A stretch of 63,096 bases of DNA, counting the filler, from Sanchytrium tribonematis (lineage: Eukaryota), in assembly GCA_018985235.1 (NCBI GenBank). It is 28 parts of 28 records of this genome, joined end to end, with 100 filler letters (N's around TTAATTAATTAA, not from the genome) between each part and the next. Parts side by side here need not be neighbours in the genome. Positions count along the whole stretch, not along the records: positions 10,956 to 26,922 come from JADGIG010000140.1; 27 more parts are not named here. One strand, written 5' to 3'. This document shows positions 11,260 to 21,239 of this stretch, piece by piece. The translations under genes and the position numbers were made by a program. The notes under the pieces were generated by a model. That model saw only the letters and a program-made list of their open reading frames with translations, made no database searches and had not been told where the DNA came from. Numbering within the stretch: position 1 is the first letter of the stretch; every line of letters begins with the position of its first letter.

Positions 11260-13683
11260 ATGCTAGAATTTCTCAATAATTCAAACTTGGGCCAATCTTC
11301 TGATATTGCTTATTTTAATAACCATCTATTAATAGCAATTAACAATCAATGTCATGTGTACAGCCTCGACATGCAACTTGCAAAAGTCTTGTCAAAATAT
11401 CCCACCACCCTCATTCATCCAGATGCTGGTAAATTCATGACATCTGGTGGAAACAATGTCTGTATTTATGATGCCAAATTTGAATTGATCAGTCAATATA
11501 CCCATCCAGATAATGTGCTTTCTATACAATATCACCCATCAGTACAAATGGCAATGTCTGCATCAAAATCTGATGTCTATTTCTGGCATTCACACACTTC
11601 TATCCAGAAATTCAAATATACAAATGTCAATTGCACTCATTTGTCTGTAGATGGTCAACTTGCTTGTATTTCCAGTGGAAATTTAGTAGAGTTTATGAAT
11701 ATGCAAAATCAAGTTGTACACACGTATTCTTTCAGCAACCCAATTATAACCATTACTTCATTTATCCATAATAATTCCCTCCATTTTGCACTGTTGTCTA
11801 CAAGAGAATGTCATATTGCCAATTATCCAAATCCCACTTCATTCTTTAATATTCCTCCTTCCCAATCCATCTTATACCATGACCAATGCTTAATGATAGG
11901 TTCTTACAATTCAAATTTAAACATTTACTCATTATCTGGAGATGTATTGTTTAAAATTCAAGTTTCTTCTCCAATCATTCAATTGGCTTTTTTGAAATCT
12001 GAAAATCAATTATCAATAGCCCATATTAATGGCATTTCTAATTATCAATATACTTTCAATCCAGTTATGTTGTATATTTACCCATATCATTTCAAATGCC
12101 ATCATTCACACATCACCATTAATCATAAAATGAGAATTCATTTACATGCTCAATTTGTGAATTTGACAGTGTGGGATCATCATTTGTACATTCACACCAT
12201 TAAATACATCAATGCAACACTCTCAAGTCAATTACATGTTTATTTGCACAAGGATATCTTCCAATATCAATTTTCATTACAGGTGCCGTATCCCTGTCTA
12301 TTTCATGTTCAAGACTATATTTACATTTACAACGTGGATGATGCGCAATTATCAGTGTATTCTACAAATGGGAAACTAAAAAGAATCATAGATATTGAAA
12401 TGACGGATATGATTCCAATGCATACTAAATTATTTTATTATTACAATAATAACCAAGTTATGAAATACAATTTGATTGCTTTAGAGCCAATTACATATCA
12501 CACGGTTGAAAATGATATTTTATCTGTTTATTTGTCATACGATTATTCACAAATGGCTATTTATACTGTGGATCATGAATTGTTGTTGGTGGATATGGAT
12601 TCTTTGGAAACTATTCATAGTTATAAAGATGTGTATCAATTTAGGTATAATTTAATCAATGAACAATACATTATGAATTCTAAAGAAGGATTTATTTTAA
12701 ATGGAGAATACATGAATGTGGAAGGCACTATTTTGGGATTTGTGGGTAATACATTAATCTATTACACAGACAAGACTGAATTTATAGAATTAGGCGAATG
12801 GGATTTGGAAGAATTTGATTATCTTAAATTGATTGAAGACAGATTGAAGCAATTTGATGCGGAGCCTACTGCTGTTGTCACAAAACAAACCACACCTGCG
12901 AGCATTATTAGAGATTATATTGTAAAAGGTGAATTTACAAATGCATTGACTTATATTCACACATTCCCATTGCATTTGCAACACCAGTATACTGAAATGT
13001 ACCATAAATTGCAAATTGAATATTATTTAGAAAAGAGTTGGTTTCATTTAATCACAAACCAAGATGTCTTGTTAAAGCATTTTCACAAATTGAGCAAGAG
13101 TCATTCATATTTAGAAATGCATTGGATTCATAGAATATTGTATCAATCATTTGAATATTTTGGATACCACATGATTTATACGTGGTATGGTCGAAAATAT
13201 ACAACTTATCCAATCGAGAGAATATTAAATGCTTGTATTTTAGTATCTAGTAGGTGGCAGATTCGAAAGCAGCTTAGCTATAGTCTAGAATATATTAATA
13301 TTGGGGTAATTCACATGGTGATGGGACACTTGTTTCGACTATTGGGATATCCAGTAGATGCTTTGGAAACACTAGATAAATGCGACAAATTTATTTTTAC
13401 TCGGAAAGATGAACAAAAAATTGATTCATGGCGAATGCGACTGCAAAATTCAGAGCAATCCGAAAGATATGCTATCAAATGTCAATGTAGTGCAAATTTG
13501 TCTATAGAATGGAAGAATAATGATTTAGTTTGTAAGTTGTGCCACAAGACATATAGTCTTAATAAAAGTACGTGGGATGTTTCCACTGGGGTCTTGCAAT
13601 GCGCAAAGTGTCAGCAATGGTTTGATGTGGACTTCGAATATGACATATTAGTACATGAACGATGTTTGTTCTGTGGAGAATAA
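11260..13683 (+). CDS. Highly divergent WD40 + solenoid + Zn-ribbon protein, IFT122-like (IFT-A)
   Basis: N-terminal WD-like repeats (FMTSGGNNVCIY, YTHPDNVLSIQYHP), helical middle, C-terminal Cys pairs (CQC, CKLC, CAKC, CLFC). Confidence 0.65.
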   Translation: MLEFLNNSNLGQSSDIAYFNNHLLIAINNQCHVYSLDMQLAKVLSKYPTTLIHPDAGKFMTSGGNNVCIYDAKFELISQYTHPDNVLSIQYHPSVQMAMSASKSDVYFWHSHTSIQKFKYTNVNCTHLSVDGQLACISSGNLVEFMNMQNQVVHTYSFSNPIITITSFIHNNSLHFALLSTRECHIANYPNPTSFFNIPPSQSILYHDQCLMIGSYNSNLNIYSLSGDVLFKIQVSSPIIQLAFLKSENQLSIAHINGISNYQYTFNPVMLYIYPYHFKCHHSHITINHKMRIHLHAQFVNLTVWDHHLYIHTIKYINATLSSQLHVYLHKDIFQYQFSLQVPYPCLFHVQDYIYIYNVDDAQLSVYSTNGKLKRIIDIEMTDMIPMHTKLFYYYNNNQVMKYNLIALEPITYHTVENDILSVYLSYDYSQMAIYTVDHELLLVDMDSLETIHSYKDVYQFRYNLINEQYIMNSKEGFILNGEYMNVEGTILGFVGNTLIYYTDKTEFIELGEWDLEEFDYLKLIEDRLKQFDAEPTAVVTKQTTPASIIRDYIVKGEFTNALTYIHTFPLHLQHQYTEMYHKLQIEYYLEKSWFHLITNQDVLLKHFHKLSKSHSYLEMHWIHRILYQSFEYFGYHMIYTWYGRKYTTYPIERILNACILVSSRWQIRKQLSYSLEYINIGVIHMVMGHLFRLLGYPVDALETLDKCDKFIFTRKDEQKIDSWRMRLQNSEQSERYAIKCQCSANLSIEWKNNDLVCKLCHKTYSLNKSTWDVSTGVLQCAKCQQWFDVDFEYDILVHERCLFCGE

Positions 13684-13770
13684 ACGGCGCTTTGTTTAAT
13701 TTCTAAGTTTACACTAACAGTCGCAATTATCCAATAACCTGGTACAAGATCCCCCTGAAAACAATTTTAA

Positions 13771-16077
13771 ATGCTCCAGTATTCATTACATTCTGGAGCG
13801 CTTCAACATAAAGATACTCACAATATGGTGTTTGTTAAATTTGGTTTTGTTGATGATGTTTTGATAATTGTGATTCGCGAAATTGGTGGCATTATGCATA
13901 GCCCATTTCATTACTCTGTCACTTTGAATTCAAATGTAAATCTAGATTCAGTATTCTCGTTATTCATCAAGGAGCTTTCAAATTTCATCGCTTCAAAATC
14001 TAAAGAAAAATTTCAATTAACTCTCAAAAATTTAGGAGAATTGAGTCCAAATGATATTCAATTCGAGTTTGACCCAACTGATAAAGAAATTGCAAACTCA
14101 AAAATTGAAAACTACATTTCCTTTAAATCGCTTATTGTTGATTCTCTTGTGAAACCTAATTACAAGCCTACTAAAATTTGGCTCCAAAAACAACTTGAGT
14201 CAAAAGTTTTGGACAGAGTGGATGAGATTTTTAATATTTCGAAAGAAGTAGCTGATCGAATCAGTAAATATAGAAAGGGTGACTTGAGAACTAATACGGA
14301 TAAAGATCAGTTTCCCATTTTTGTTTATGGCGGAGCAACAGGAATAGGAAAGTCGAGATTGCTTCTTGAGCTCAAGGAATTATATAAACTTGACAAATTT
14401 AATCACATCTTACCAGTCTTGATTTCATTTAGCAGTAATACACCTTACACGCCAGCTGAAAGTGATTATGATATGGAAAAAGTAGTGCTGTCACGATGTG
14501 CTTACAGTTTAGGAATTTTTGACGGTGTGGATGGACTACTAGGTGCTTATGAATCTGATCGGCTACAGTTTAGTTTTGTTTTCCGAGATCCTCCAGAGTG
14601 CATATTGCTATTGATCGATGAATTTAATTATTTACCAGATGAAAGACTCGAGGAATTTGTGAGTTATTGCGGCTCTCTTTTGATTCCAGACACTAATAAG
14701 CCTCTGATAATAATTGTTACAGCAGGAACTAATCCCGGAAGATTGAACGAAATATTCACCAAGTCTAGATGCCCTTCAAAATTCTTTCCAATTTCGTCGC
14801 TTAAAATGGCTACTATGATCAAGGACTTGAATATTCAAGATAATCTAACACTTAAAGAAATGTACAGGGTTCTGCAAGATATTTGTGGAATTCCAAGACT
14901 TTATTCAGTCATGAAGCGTATGAGCAAGTTACCAGATACTTATGAAGAGGGAATTTCTACAATTTTGAGTGAGGCCAATATTTGCACAGCTGGAATGGTC
15001 CCTATCCACAAATTGAAGAAAGTTGTTGCATTTTCTCTTTTGGAATACCCAGTGAATGCCAAAGATCAGAATTGGGATGAATATACTGAGGCTGGGCACG
15101 CTTTTTTGTACCCAGGACATCAAAATAAGCATATTATCAAATTTCCAATGTATTGGATCAGCAATACCTCCCACTATTTTGCGCAATTGCAACCACAACA
15201 AAAGAAGCTAATTCAAAGATTGTATTGGTCCGAATCGGAAGAACTAAATAGAATCGACTTTGTGGAATTGGGTGTCATGTGGATAGCATTCAAGACTTAC
15301 CTTTTCTGCGATATTAAGGGAGAAATCGGCGGTTCAATTTCTTTATCAAATTATATTGGTGTCTCTTTGTTAAAAGATGAAAATATTAATTTGAATTCTC
15401 ACATTGATTTGTTTCAAGCACAAAGCAAAGTAACTGATATTGGATTTGAGAATTTAAAACTTTTTGGTTCTGAATCAATTGTAAGAATTGAGAAATCAAA
15501 GCCTTTTATTGTCGCATGTTTAAACAATCAAGATGGCATAGACTGTGTTGAGCTTCTTTTCAATGATTTGTCTGAAGTAATTCTTATATTTTATCAATTC
15601 AGATTACACAATTCGCCTACTCATGCTAAGAAAAATATTGAGTCATCGAAATTCATTAGAAACGTCAAAAATTGGTATGAGTCCAGATATCAAAAAGTTG
15701 ACAAGTTTCTTTACGTAGCAATCTGCAATTACTGTAATTCTGCAACTCACCAATCTGCATTTGCTCCATTAGTGAAAGAAGGAATGAAATTTTGCACTGT
15801 TCAAGGCAGTGACTGCAGAGCTTTTATGTCGTCCATTCTTTGTGAAAGACAAAACATCTGGACTGGATCCGATAAGCTCTTTATTAATGTTGCACCCTCT
15901 GCGGCCTTGAAAATGCTACCAAATATTGATGAGGAGACCGCTGCGACAATTGTCGAAATAAGGGTCGAGGAAAATGGCATAAAGTCTTTTGACCACTTGA
16001 AAGAGCAATTTAAATTGAGAAAAAAACCACTTTTAGAAAATACTTGCAAATCTTTGAAGAAATATATCATTTGGTAA
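13771..16077 (+). CDS. Crinkler-type protein: N-terminal header, P-loop NTPase, REase-like domain, C-terminal ComEA-type helix-hairpin-helix
   Basis: Walker A GGATGIGKS, Walker B LLLIDE, GIPR, NQDGID...IFYQFR, INVAPSAALKMLPNIDEETAATIVEIR. Confidence 0.75.
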   Translation: MLQYSLHSGALQHKDTHNMVFVKFGFVDDVLIIVIREIGGIMHSPFHYSVTLNSNVNLDSVFSLFIKELSNFIASKSKEKFQLTLKNLGELSPNDIQFEFDPTDKEIANSKIENYISFKSLIVDSLVKPNYKPTKIWLQKQLESKVLDRVDEIFNISKEVADRISKYRKGDLRTNTDKDQFPIFVYGGATGIGKSRLLLELKELYKLDKFNHILPVLISFSSNTPYTPAESDYDMEKVVLSRCAYSLGIFDGVDGLLGAYESDRLQFSFVFRDPPECILLLIDEFNYLPDERLEEFVSYCGSLLIPDTNKPLIIIVTAGTNPGRLNEIFTKSRCPSKFFPISSLKMATMIKDLNIQDNLTLKEMYRVLQDICGIPRLYSVMKRMSKLPDTYEEGISTILSEANICTAGMVPIHKLKKVVAFSLLEYPVNAKDQNWDEYTEAGHAFLYPGHQNKHIIKFPMYWISNTSHYFAQLQPQQKKLIQRLYWSESEELNRIDFVELGVMWIAFKTYLFCDIKGEIGGSISLSNYIGVSLLKDENINLNSHIDLFQAQSKVTDIGFENLKLFGSESIVRIEKSKPFIVACLNNQDGIDCVELLFNDLSEVILIFYQFRLHNSPTHAKKNIESSKFIRNVKNWYESRYQKVDKFLYVAICNYCNSATHQSAFAPLVKEGMKFCTVQGSDCRAFMSSILCERQNIWTGSDKLFINVAPSAALKMLPNIDEETAATIVEIRVEENGIKSFDHLKEQFKLRKKPLLENTCKSLKKYIIW

Positions 16078-16193
16078 ACTTTTGCCATTTTTAATTACCA
16101 CATTCAGATTTATTAAACCCAATTGTGCTATAGAATGGAATGTAACTATTATTGTTTTCAATACATGATCGGTGCTTGAAATAAATGACTTTA

Positions 16194-18945
16194 TTAAGAT
16201 GCTAATGCATCAGCAACTAATTGACTGATCTCAGCTACATCGCTTTTGACTTTGATTTCTAAATTTACACCCACATTAGGCTCCAAAACCATCCTGACGA
16301 CACTAAGCACTTTGATGCCCCCATAAAAGATACCACTTAATTTTAAAACATGGCTCAAATCATTGGTGATTATTTCAGTCTTGTCAACTGCTTTTAGTCC
16401 CAATAATTCTTGCAATGTTTTCACAGTGGTTGCTAAATCTTTGAGAGCAGTAAGTTGGTAGGTTTCTTTTGCTTCATTGCCTAAAGAATCCCATGCCTTT
16501 GTGAATGCAGGAACCTGACTACCTTTGATGTAATGTCCAATCTGTATTTCAACTTGCTCCAACTAAATTATTAAAAATTACATTGTAAGTTTCTTCATAT
16601 CCTTGTTCACTATCTGGCTCAAATGTTTCAGGATCGCAATCTTTGACCGTCATTTTCAAAGCTGCATTAAATGTGGGTAACGGAATTGTGTTTGGTGCTT
16701 TCTGGTATGCAATAAAAGTGCTGTTTGGTCCACTATAATTTACAGTGCAAGGAACAACTACTTTTAATTTCAAAGAATTAGATATGTCTTCTGTTGGATT
16801 TAGTTGAACTTGAGCATTTTCAATAAGGACATCTTGCAAGGTATTAGTGATTTCAAATTGAAATACAATTGCGTCATTTTTGAACATATGGATAAAGAGC
16901 TTAACTACATATTCAGTTTCTTGCTCTGTTAATAATATAGGCGCACTCGTTGAGAAATAAAATTGGCTAAGAGGAGCAAGCTGTGGAATATTTGAAAAGA
17001 TGTCTTGGTGATTAACTGGTTCTGCTGGTGCAATTTCTGGGCTTTGAACAATTGTAGGTTCATTCTGAAGAGTTGGCTTAGCAGTGACTTGCTCAACTGC
17101 TTCAACTTTACTAGTGTATGAGATATCTTGTAAATCTAATGGTCCACTTTTGTATGCTGTCAGATAAGCTGAAAGTTGTTCGATATTTACGACCAAATCA
17201 TCGATGATATATTTTTGCATCCAATCTTTTCTTTTCAAAACGTGAATATAAAACAAGGCTCTATCACGGACTTCATTGTCTTGATCACTGATACACTTCT
17301 CAAGCAAGTTTAATATTCGATTTAAAATCTTAGGGCTTTTCGCACCAAACATAGCTAACGCATGAACAGCTGCAGCTCTGACATTGCTGGACTCTAAAAT
17401 GATTCTATTGTAAATGTATCTGATGTATTGCTGTGGATTATCACTAGATGGACCTTCTATCCCCAAAACATGTAATATTCTAACACTTAAAGTTGTATAC
17501 TCGCAATCTTCAATGAATTCACATAGGTGCTGGAGAGCAGTCGATTTACACTCTGGAATGTTTCTTAACAAATCGAAAATTGCATCGACAATTGATTTTT
17601 TGTATTGGAAATTTCCCTCATCTCTCAATACGTTTGCTAAGAATGCCAACAAAGTTGGATATTTTTTCGGAAATTTGATGCTCAACGATCTGACAGCTTC
17701 TACGACAATGATTTTAAATTCTTCAGTGATGTCATTCAAAAAGAGCTGAATTTGCTTCATCAATCTATCAACACTTTGCTCAGTTCCAGTTTTTAACAAA
17801 GTTGTAATTGCATAAGTGGCAATGCTTCTATTATTATCAGTAATCATATTTTCCATATCAATATTGTAATTGCTAACCAATGTAGGGTAGAACATGCTGA
17901 GTTTGTTGAAATATCGAAGAGCGGCAAATTTAAGTGCAACCTTCGAGCTGCTTAATAGGATACTGAGTTGCGTCACACAGGGATATACTTGCTGAGTAGT
18001 CAAAACCATTCCAACGCCTTTGCTTGTTTTGTAAAGCGCAATATCTGAGATACATTTGCACGCTTCTAAACTGACCATTTCGTACTTACTACTCAAAGCC
18101 TTGGTGATGAACTCAAAAATTTGTAAAAGAGGACCGTTGAGCCATTCTCCTGGAGCTTGATTATTGTACTCACTTAACAAACAAGACTTGCTCATTTTTA
18201 ATAGAACGCAAAGTGCCCATGGAGAATTGACTGCTTTGTGATATTGTAAACAAAGTTTAATAATAGCCATAGAATCTTGTTTTTTGAGCAAATATAATGT
18301 TGCCAAAGCGTGGTAACTAGTAAAATCGTATCCACCCACTTGATCTTGAATTAAATTGCTCCATTTTTTAACAATGTCCTTATTAAATGAATACATTGTA
18401 TAAGCACTACATATGGCGGAAGATGCTGTGATAGGTTGTTTATCTACAAGGCAGGTGGTATAAAATCGTTCAAATGCTTGCAGTAAACTAGGATCAATCA
18501 ATTTGGAAAGAGTTTTTAAAGCATTTGAAGTGTGAAGTAAATGCTGATCTCTTGGCCCATCTTCGAGCTTTGTGCTTAAAGAAATAGTATTTTGTTGCTT
18601 TCCGAACAGTTCTTCATGCGTACTTGCAATATCTTTGGTCAGCAAATTAGTCATGATAATCGTATCTTTGGCATTGGTCAATTCCATCATTAAAATATAG
18701 ACAATCTGCCTCAATTGGTATTCTTTACAATTGAATAATTTCGATGCAGCAAAAAACAATTGAGTTTGTTCATCTTGAGTCAACTCATAATATGCATTTT
18801 TGCCGGAATTATTTATGTAAAGTAAGCATTTTGCAATTAACAAACGACATTTGCGGCTATTCACTTGCTGATGGAAGATCTTCGCATTTTGAAGTAGATA
18901 AGATTTGTCAGGCAGCGAAAAACTCTGGTCGTTTTTCTTGGACAT
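16194..18945 (-). CDS. SEC21: Coatomer gamma subunit, 19-nt intron at 16563-16581
   Basis: DNNRSIATYAITTLLKTG, LCEFIEDCE, YIRYIYNRIILE, LTEQETEY. Likely start is MSKKND at 18945; the track extension to 19134 runs into the micro-gene repeat. Confidence 0.97.
16563..16581 (-). other. 19-nt intron GTAATTTTTAATAATTTAG
   Basis: Joins EETYN|LEQVEIQIG in the gamma-COP appendage. Confidence 0.93.
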
Positions 18946-19008
18946 TTTTGAATGTTTCAAAAAACTCTCTTGGATTGAAATTAGTAAGATTAAAATTTTA
19001 AAGTAAGG

Positions 19009-19269
19009 CCTATTTATTGTAAGGAATAAAAGAAGGCATATCGTTGTAATAACACTCGAATTTGCCATTGATAAATCAATCTGAACAATTGGACGTTTGT
19101 AGTTGCAATTTCTAACCAAAGAGACATAATACAACGGGCCTAGTTGGTATTTATACGTTAGTCTAACATAATCAATCTATTAGATTTCATATTGGATGTG
19201 TGTAAGTAAATCAAAAGTGCCGTCAAGCCTTGACCCACCACATCTAATACACAAAAAACACACATCCAA
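19009..19269. repeat. About 260-bp direct repeat, copy 1 (copy 2 at 20060-20319)
   Basis: Near-identical; all differences lie outside the 114-nt ORF it carries. Confidence 0.97.
19014..19127 (-). CDS. 37-aa micropeptide, copy 1: MSLWLEIATTNVQLFRLIYQWQIRVLLQRYAFFYSLQ
   Basis: TATAAATA on the minus strand ends 20 nt before the ATG; stop lies within AATAAA; repeat homology ends 5 nt past the stop. Confidence 0.65.
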   Translation of the reverse strand: MSLWLEIATTNVQLFRLIYQWQIRVLLQRYAFFYSLQ

Positions 19270-19434
19270 GTTGTCGTTTTATACTTATTTTGAAGTTTTT
19301 TAACAGAAATTCTCAAATATCATTTGCAGATTAATAAATTCAACATCCTATTGGTCAGTATTATGAATTGGACGTGATGTGTTAGCGATTTAAGCTAAAA
19401 ATTTGTATAAATAGCAACAAATTGTCTTTTTCCA
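19128..19434. promoter_or_regulatory. Candidate bidirectional promoter with two outward-facing TATA boxes and clustered CACATCCAA-like motifs
   Basis: TATA at about 19148-19155 (-) and 19406-19413 (+). Motif copies at 19192 (rev), 19239, 19261, 19342 and 19368 (rev). Confidence 0.65.
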
Positions 19435-19563
19435 ATGGCTTTTAGCAACAACACTTCAGTCCAACCATCTACTTCTTCATTCCGAAACAACTATGGAAAT
19501 ATTGACTTTTCCTCATTGTTTGGAGGATTTTCCACTCAGTCTTTATTTACATTTTTCCCTTAA
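19435..19563 (+). CDS. 42-aa micropeptide, divergent paralog B: MAFSNNTSVQPSTSSFRNNYGNIDFSSLFGGFSTQSLFTFFP
   Basis: Same length as copies A and C; about 11 synonymous versus 7 amino-acid-changing codons; TATAAATA upstream; TAAATAAA at the stop. Confidence 0.87.
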   Translation: MAFSNNTSVQPSTSSFRNNYGNIDFSSLFGGFSTQSLFTFFP

Positions 19564-19973
19564 ATAAATAATGTCAAACAACAATCTGAATGTCTAAATT
19601 TATTTTTAGCTGCTTCATTAAATGACACAGTCTAGGATATTCATAATCGACAAATTAAAACTGAGACCTAACAAAATTAATCTAGAACACATGAATTTAT
19701 ATTAATTTTGTATCTTGGTAAAACGGCTATTATTCACTTATAGATAGATTTTGCTTCTTAGCTACTCAGTGTGATGAAATATCAACAACAAATTTCAAAT
19801 TCATACCCAAATGTATGTATAAAACAAGATATTGATAAAAGCAAATTAAATAAAATTGAAAATGTAATTTATTCACAGAAACTGTCCAAGATAGAATTCC
19901 ATAAAACTGTTGAGTTGATGAAAGAATTGAATATTATATAACTAAAACGATATTCTTTAGGCTACTAAAATTA

Positions 19974-20013
19974 AAGCAGTTTACATAAAATGTAAGCAGT
20001 TTACATAAAATGT
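19974..20013. repeat. 20-bp tandem duplication AAGCAGTTTACATAAAATGT x2; an about 36-bp segment (AAACAAGATATTGATAAAAGCAA...) also recurs at about 19822 and 20020
   Basis: Direct reading. Confidence 0.9.
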
Positions 20014-20064
20014 AGTATCAAACAAGATATTGATAAAAGCAATTTGAATAAAATTTAGACCTAT

Positions 20065-20178
20065 TTATTGTAAGGAATAAAAGAAGGCATATCGTTGTAA
20101 TAACACTCGAATTTGCCATTGATAAATCAATCTGAACAATTGGACGTTTGTAGTTGCAATTTCTAACCAAAGAGACAT
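20065..20178 (-). CDS. 37-aa micropeptide, copy 2 (identical to 19014-19127)
   Basis: Identical 114-nt ORF with the TATA box retained. Confidence 0.65.
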   Translation of the reverse strand: MSLWLEIATTNVQLFRLIYQWQIRVLLQRYAFFYSLQ

Positions 20179-20458
20179 AATACAACGGGCCTAGCTGGTA
20201 TTTATACGTTGGTCTAACATAATCAATCTATTAGATTTCATATTGGATGTGGGGAAGTAACTCAAAAGTGCCGTCAAGCCTTGACCCACCACATCTAATA
20301 CACAAAAAGACACATCCAAAACGACGATGGTGACGTAGATAGCACACAACTGAACAAATTATAGTAAATACAAGTTGAATAGATCATTTGGCCGTATATC
20401 ATTTACACATCCAAAAACTAGACAATAGTATATAAGCTAGCAATTTCCAACTTAATTA

Positions 20459-20587
20459 ATGGCATTCAGCAACAACACTTCATTGCAACCATCTACTTTC
20501 TCCTTCAGAGACAATTATGGAAATATTGACATCTCGTCAATTTTGGGTGGATTTTCAACTCAGTCATTATCAACATTTTTTCCATAA
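20459..20587 (+). CDS. 42-aa micropeptide, copy C (CDS identical to copy A)
   Basis: 20398-20592 repeats 10956-11150. Only the TATA-to-ATG spacer has diverged. Confidence 0.85.
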   Translation: MAFSNNTSLQPSTFSFRDNYGNIDISSILGGFSTQSLSTFFP

Positions 20588-20709
20588 ATAAAAAATGATT
20601 CAAATTCATACATTTCTATTAATTTTAATTATTTTTTGCTCAAACTTTAGAAAGTTTAACACTAATCTTGATTTACGATTTTTTTAATTATTTGAAACGA
20701 CTTTTTAAA

Positions 20710-21210
20710 ATGAAGCAATTCATGCTAAAAATACCTTGTAACTCTCTTAATGTTCACGACATTTTGGATTGTGTAATACATAGCATATTATTTCAGCGAC
20801 TGATGATACCGATTCAGCCAAAAGATGAGCAATTACAACTGGATGAATCAGTTGTTTACTGGGTCAAAATTAACAATTCTACAATATCATCCAGTGTTAA
20901 AACTAAAATACAAGAACTTGTGCAACAAGGACATAGACAGTGTGTAGTCCGCTTTTATTACTCAATTTCGCAAAGTTGGTTCTTATCAAAACAACAATAT
21001 TATGAATCCTGGTTACTGCAGCTTCATTATACCGATGCTGAATATGCAATAGAGATAGATGAAATTATTCAACAAATTTTAAATCATAGTTTATACCAGA
21101 TACCCAAATTGGGGAAAGACAAAGAAATAGGATTCGATATACAATTTCTCAATAACTGGAGCCAGGGTCTTTTTGGAAAACTGATGGATGTCCAGCCTAC
21201 CTTGCTTTAA
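20710..21210 (+). CDS. ATG101: Autophagy-related protein 101 (HORMA)
   Basis: IHSILFQR..PIQP, SWF finger, YESW; size fits. Confidence 0.8.
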   Translation: MKQFMLKIPCNSLNVHDILDCVIHSILFQRLMIPIQPKDEQLQLDESVVYWVKINNSTISSSVKTKIQELVQQGHRQCVVRFYYSISQSWFLSKQQYYESWLLQLHYTDAEYAIEIDEIIQQILNHSLYQIPKLGKDKEIGFDIQFLNNWSQGLFGKLMDVQPTLL

Positions 21211-21239
21211 TAAATCATATATCTCTTCATCACAAACGG

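Noticed and set aside
18946..19134. 63-aa N-terminal extension of gamma-COP in the ORF track
   Set aside because: Starts at TTG, overlaps the duplicated micro-gene in another frame, and homology starts at MSKKND.
19009..19269. The 260-bp direct repeats as LTRs or a MITE
   Set aside because: No TG..CA ends, primer-binding site, target-site duplication or terminal inverted repeats; boundaries match a gene plus promoter.
19774..19941. 55-aa ORF MKYQQQISNS... between the two cassettes
   Set aside because: Single copy, no clear TATA, lies in locally duplicated AT-rich DNA; no support for coding.
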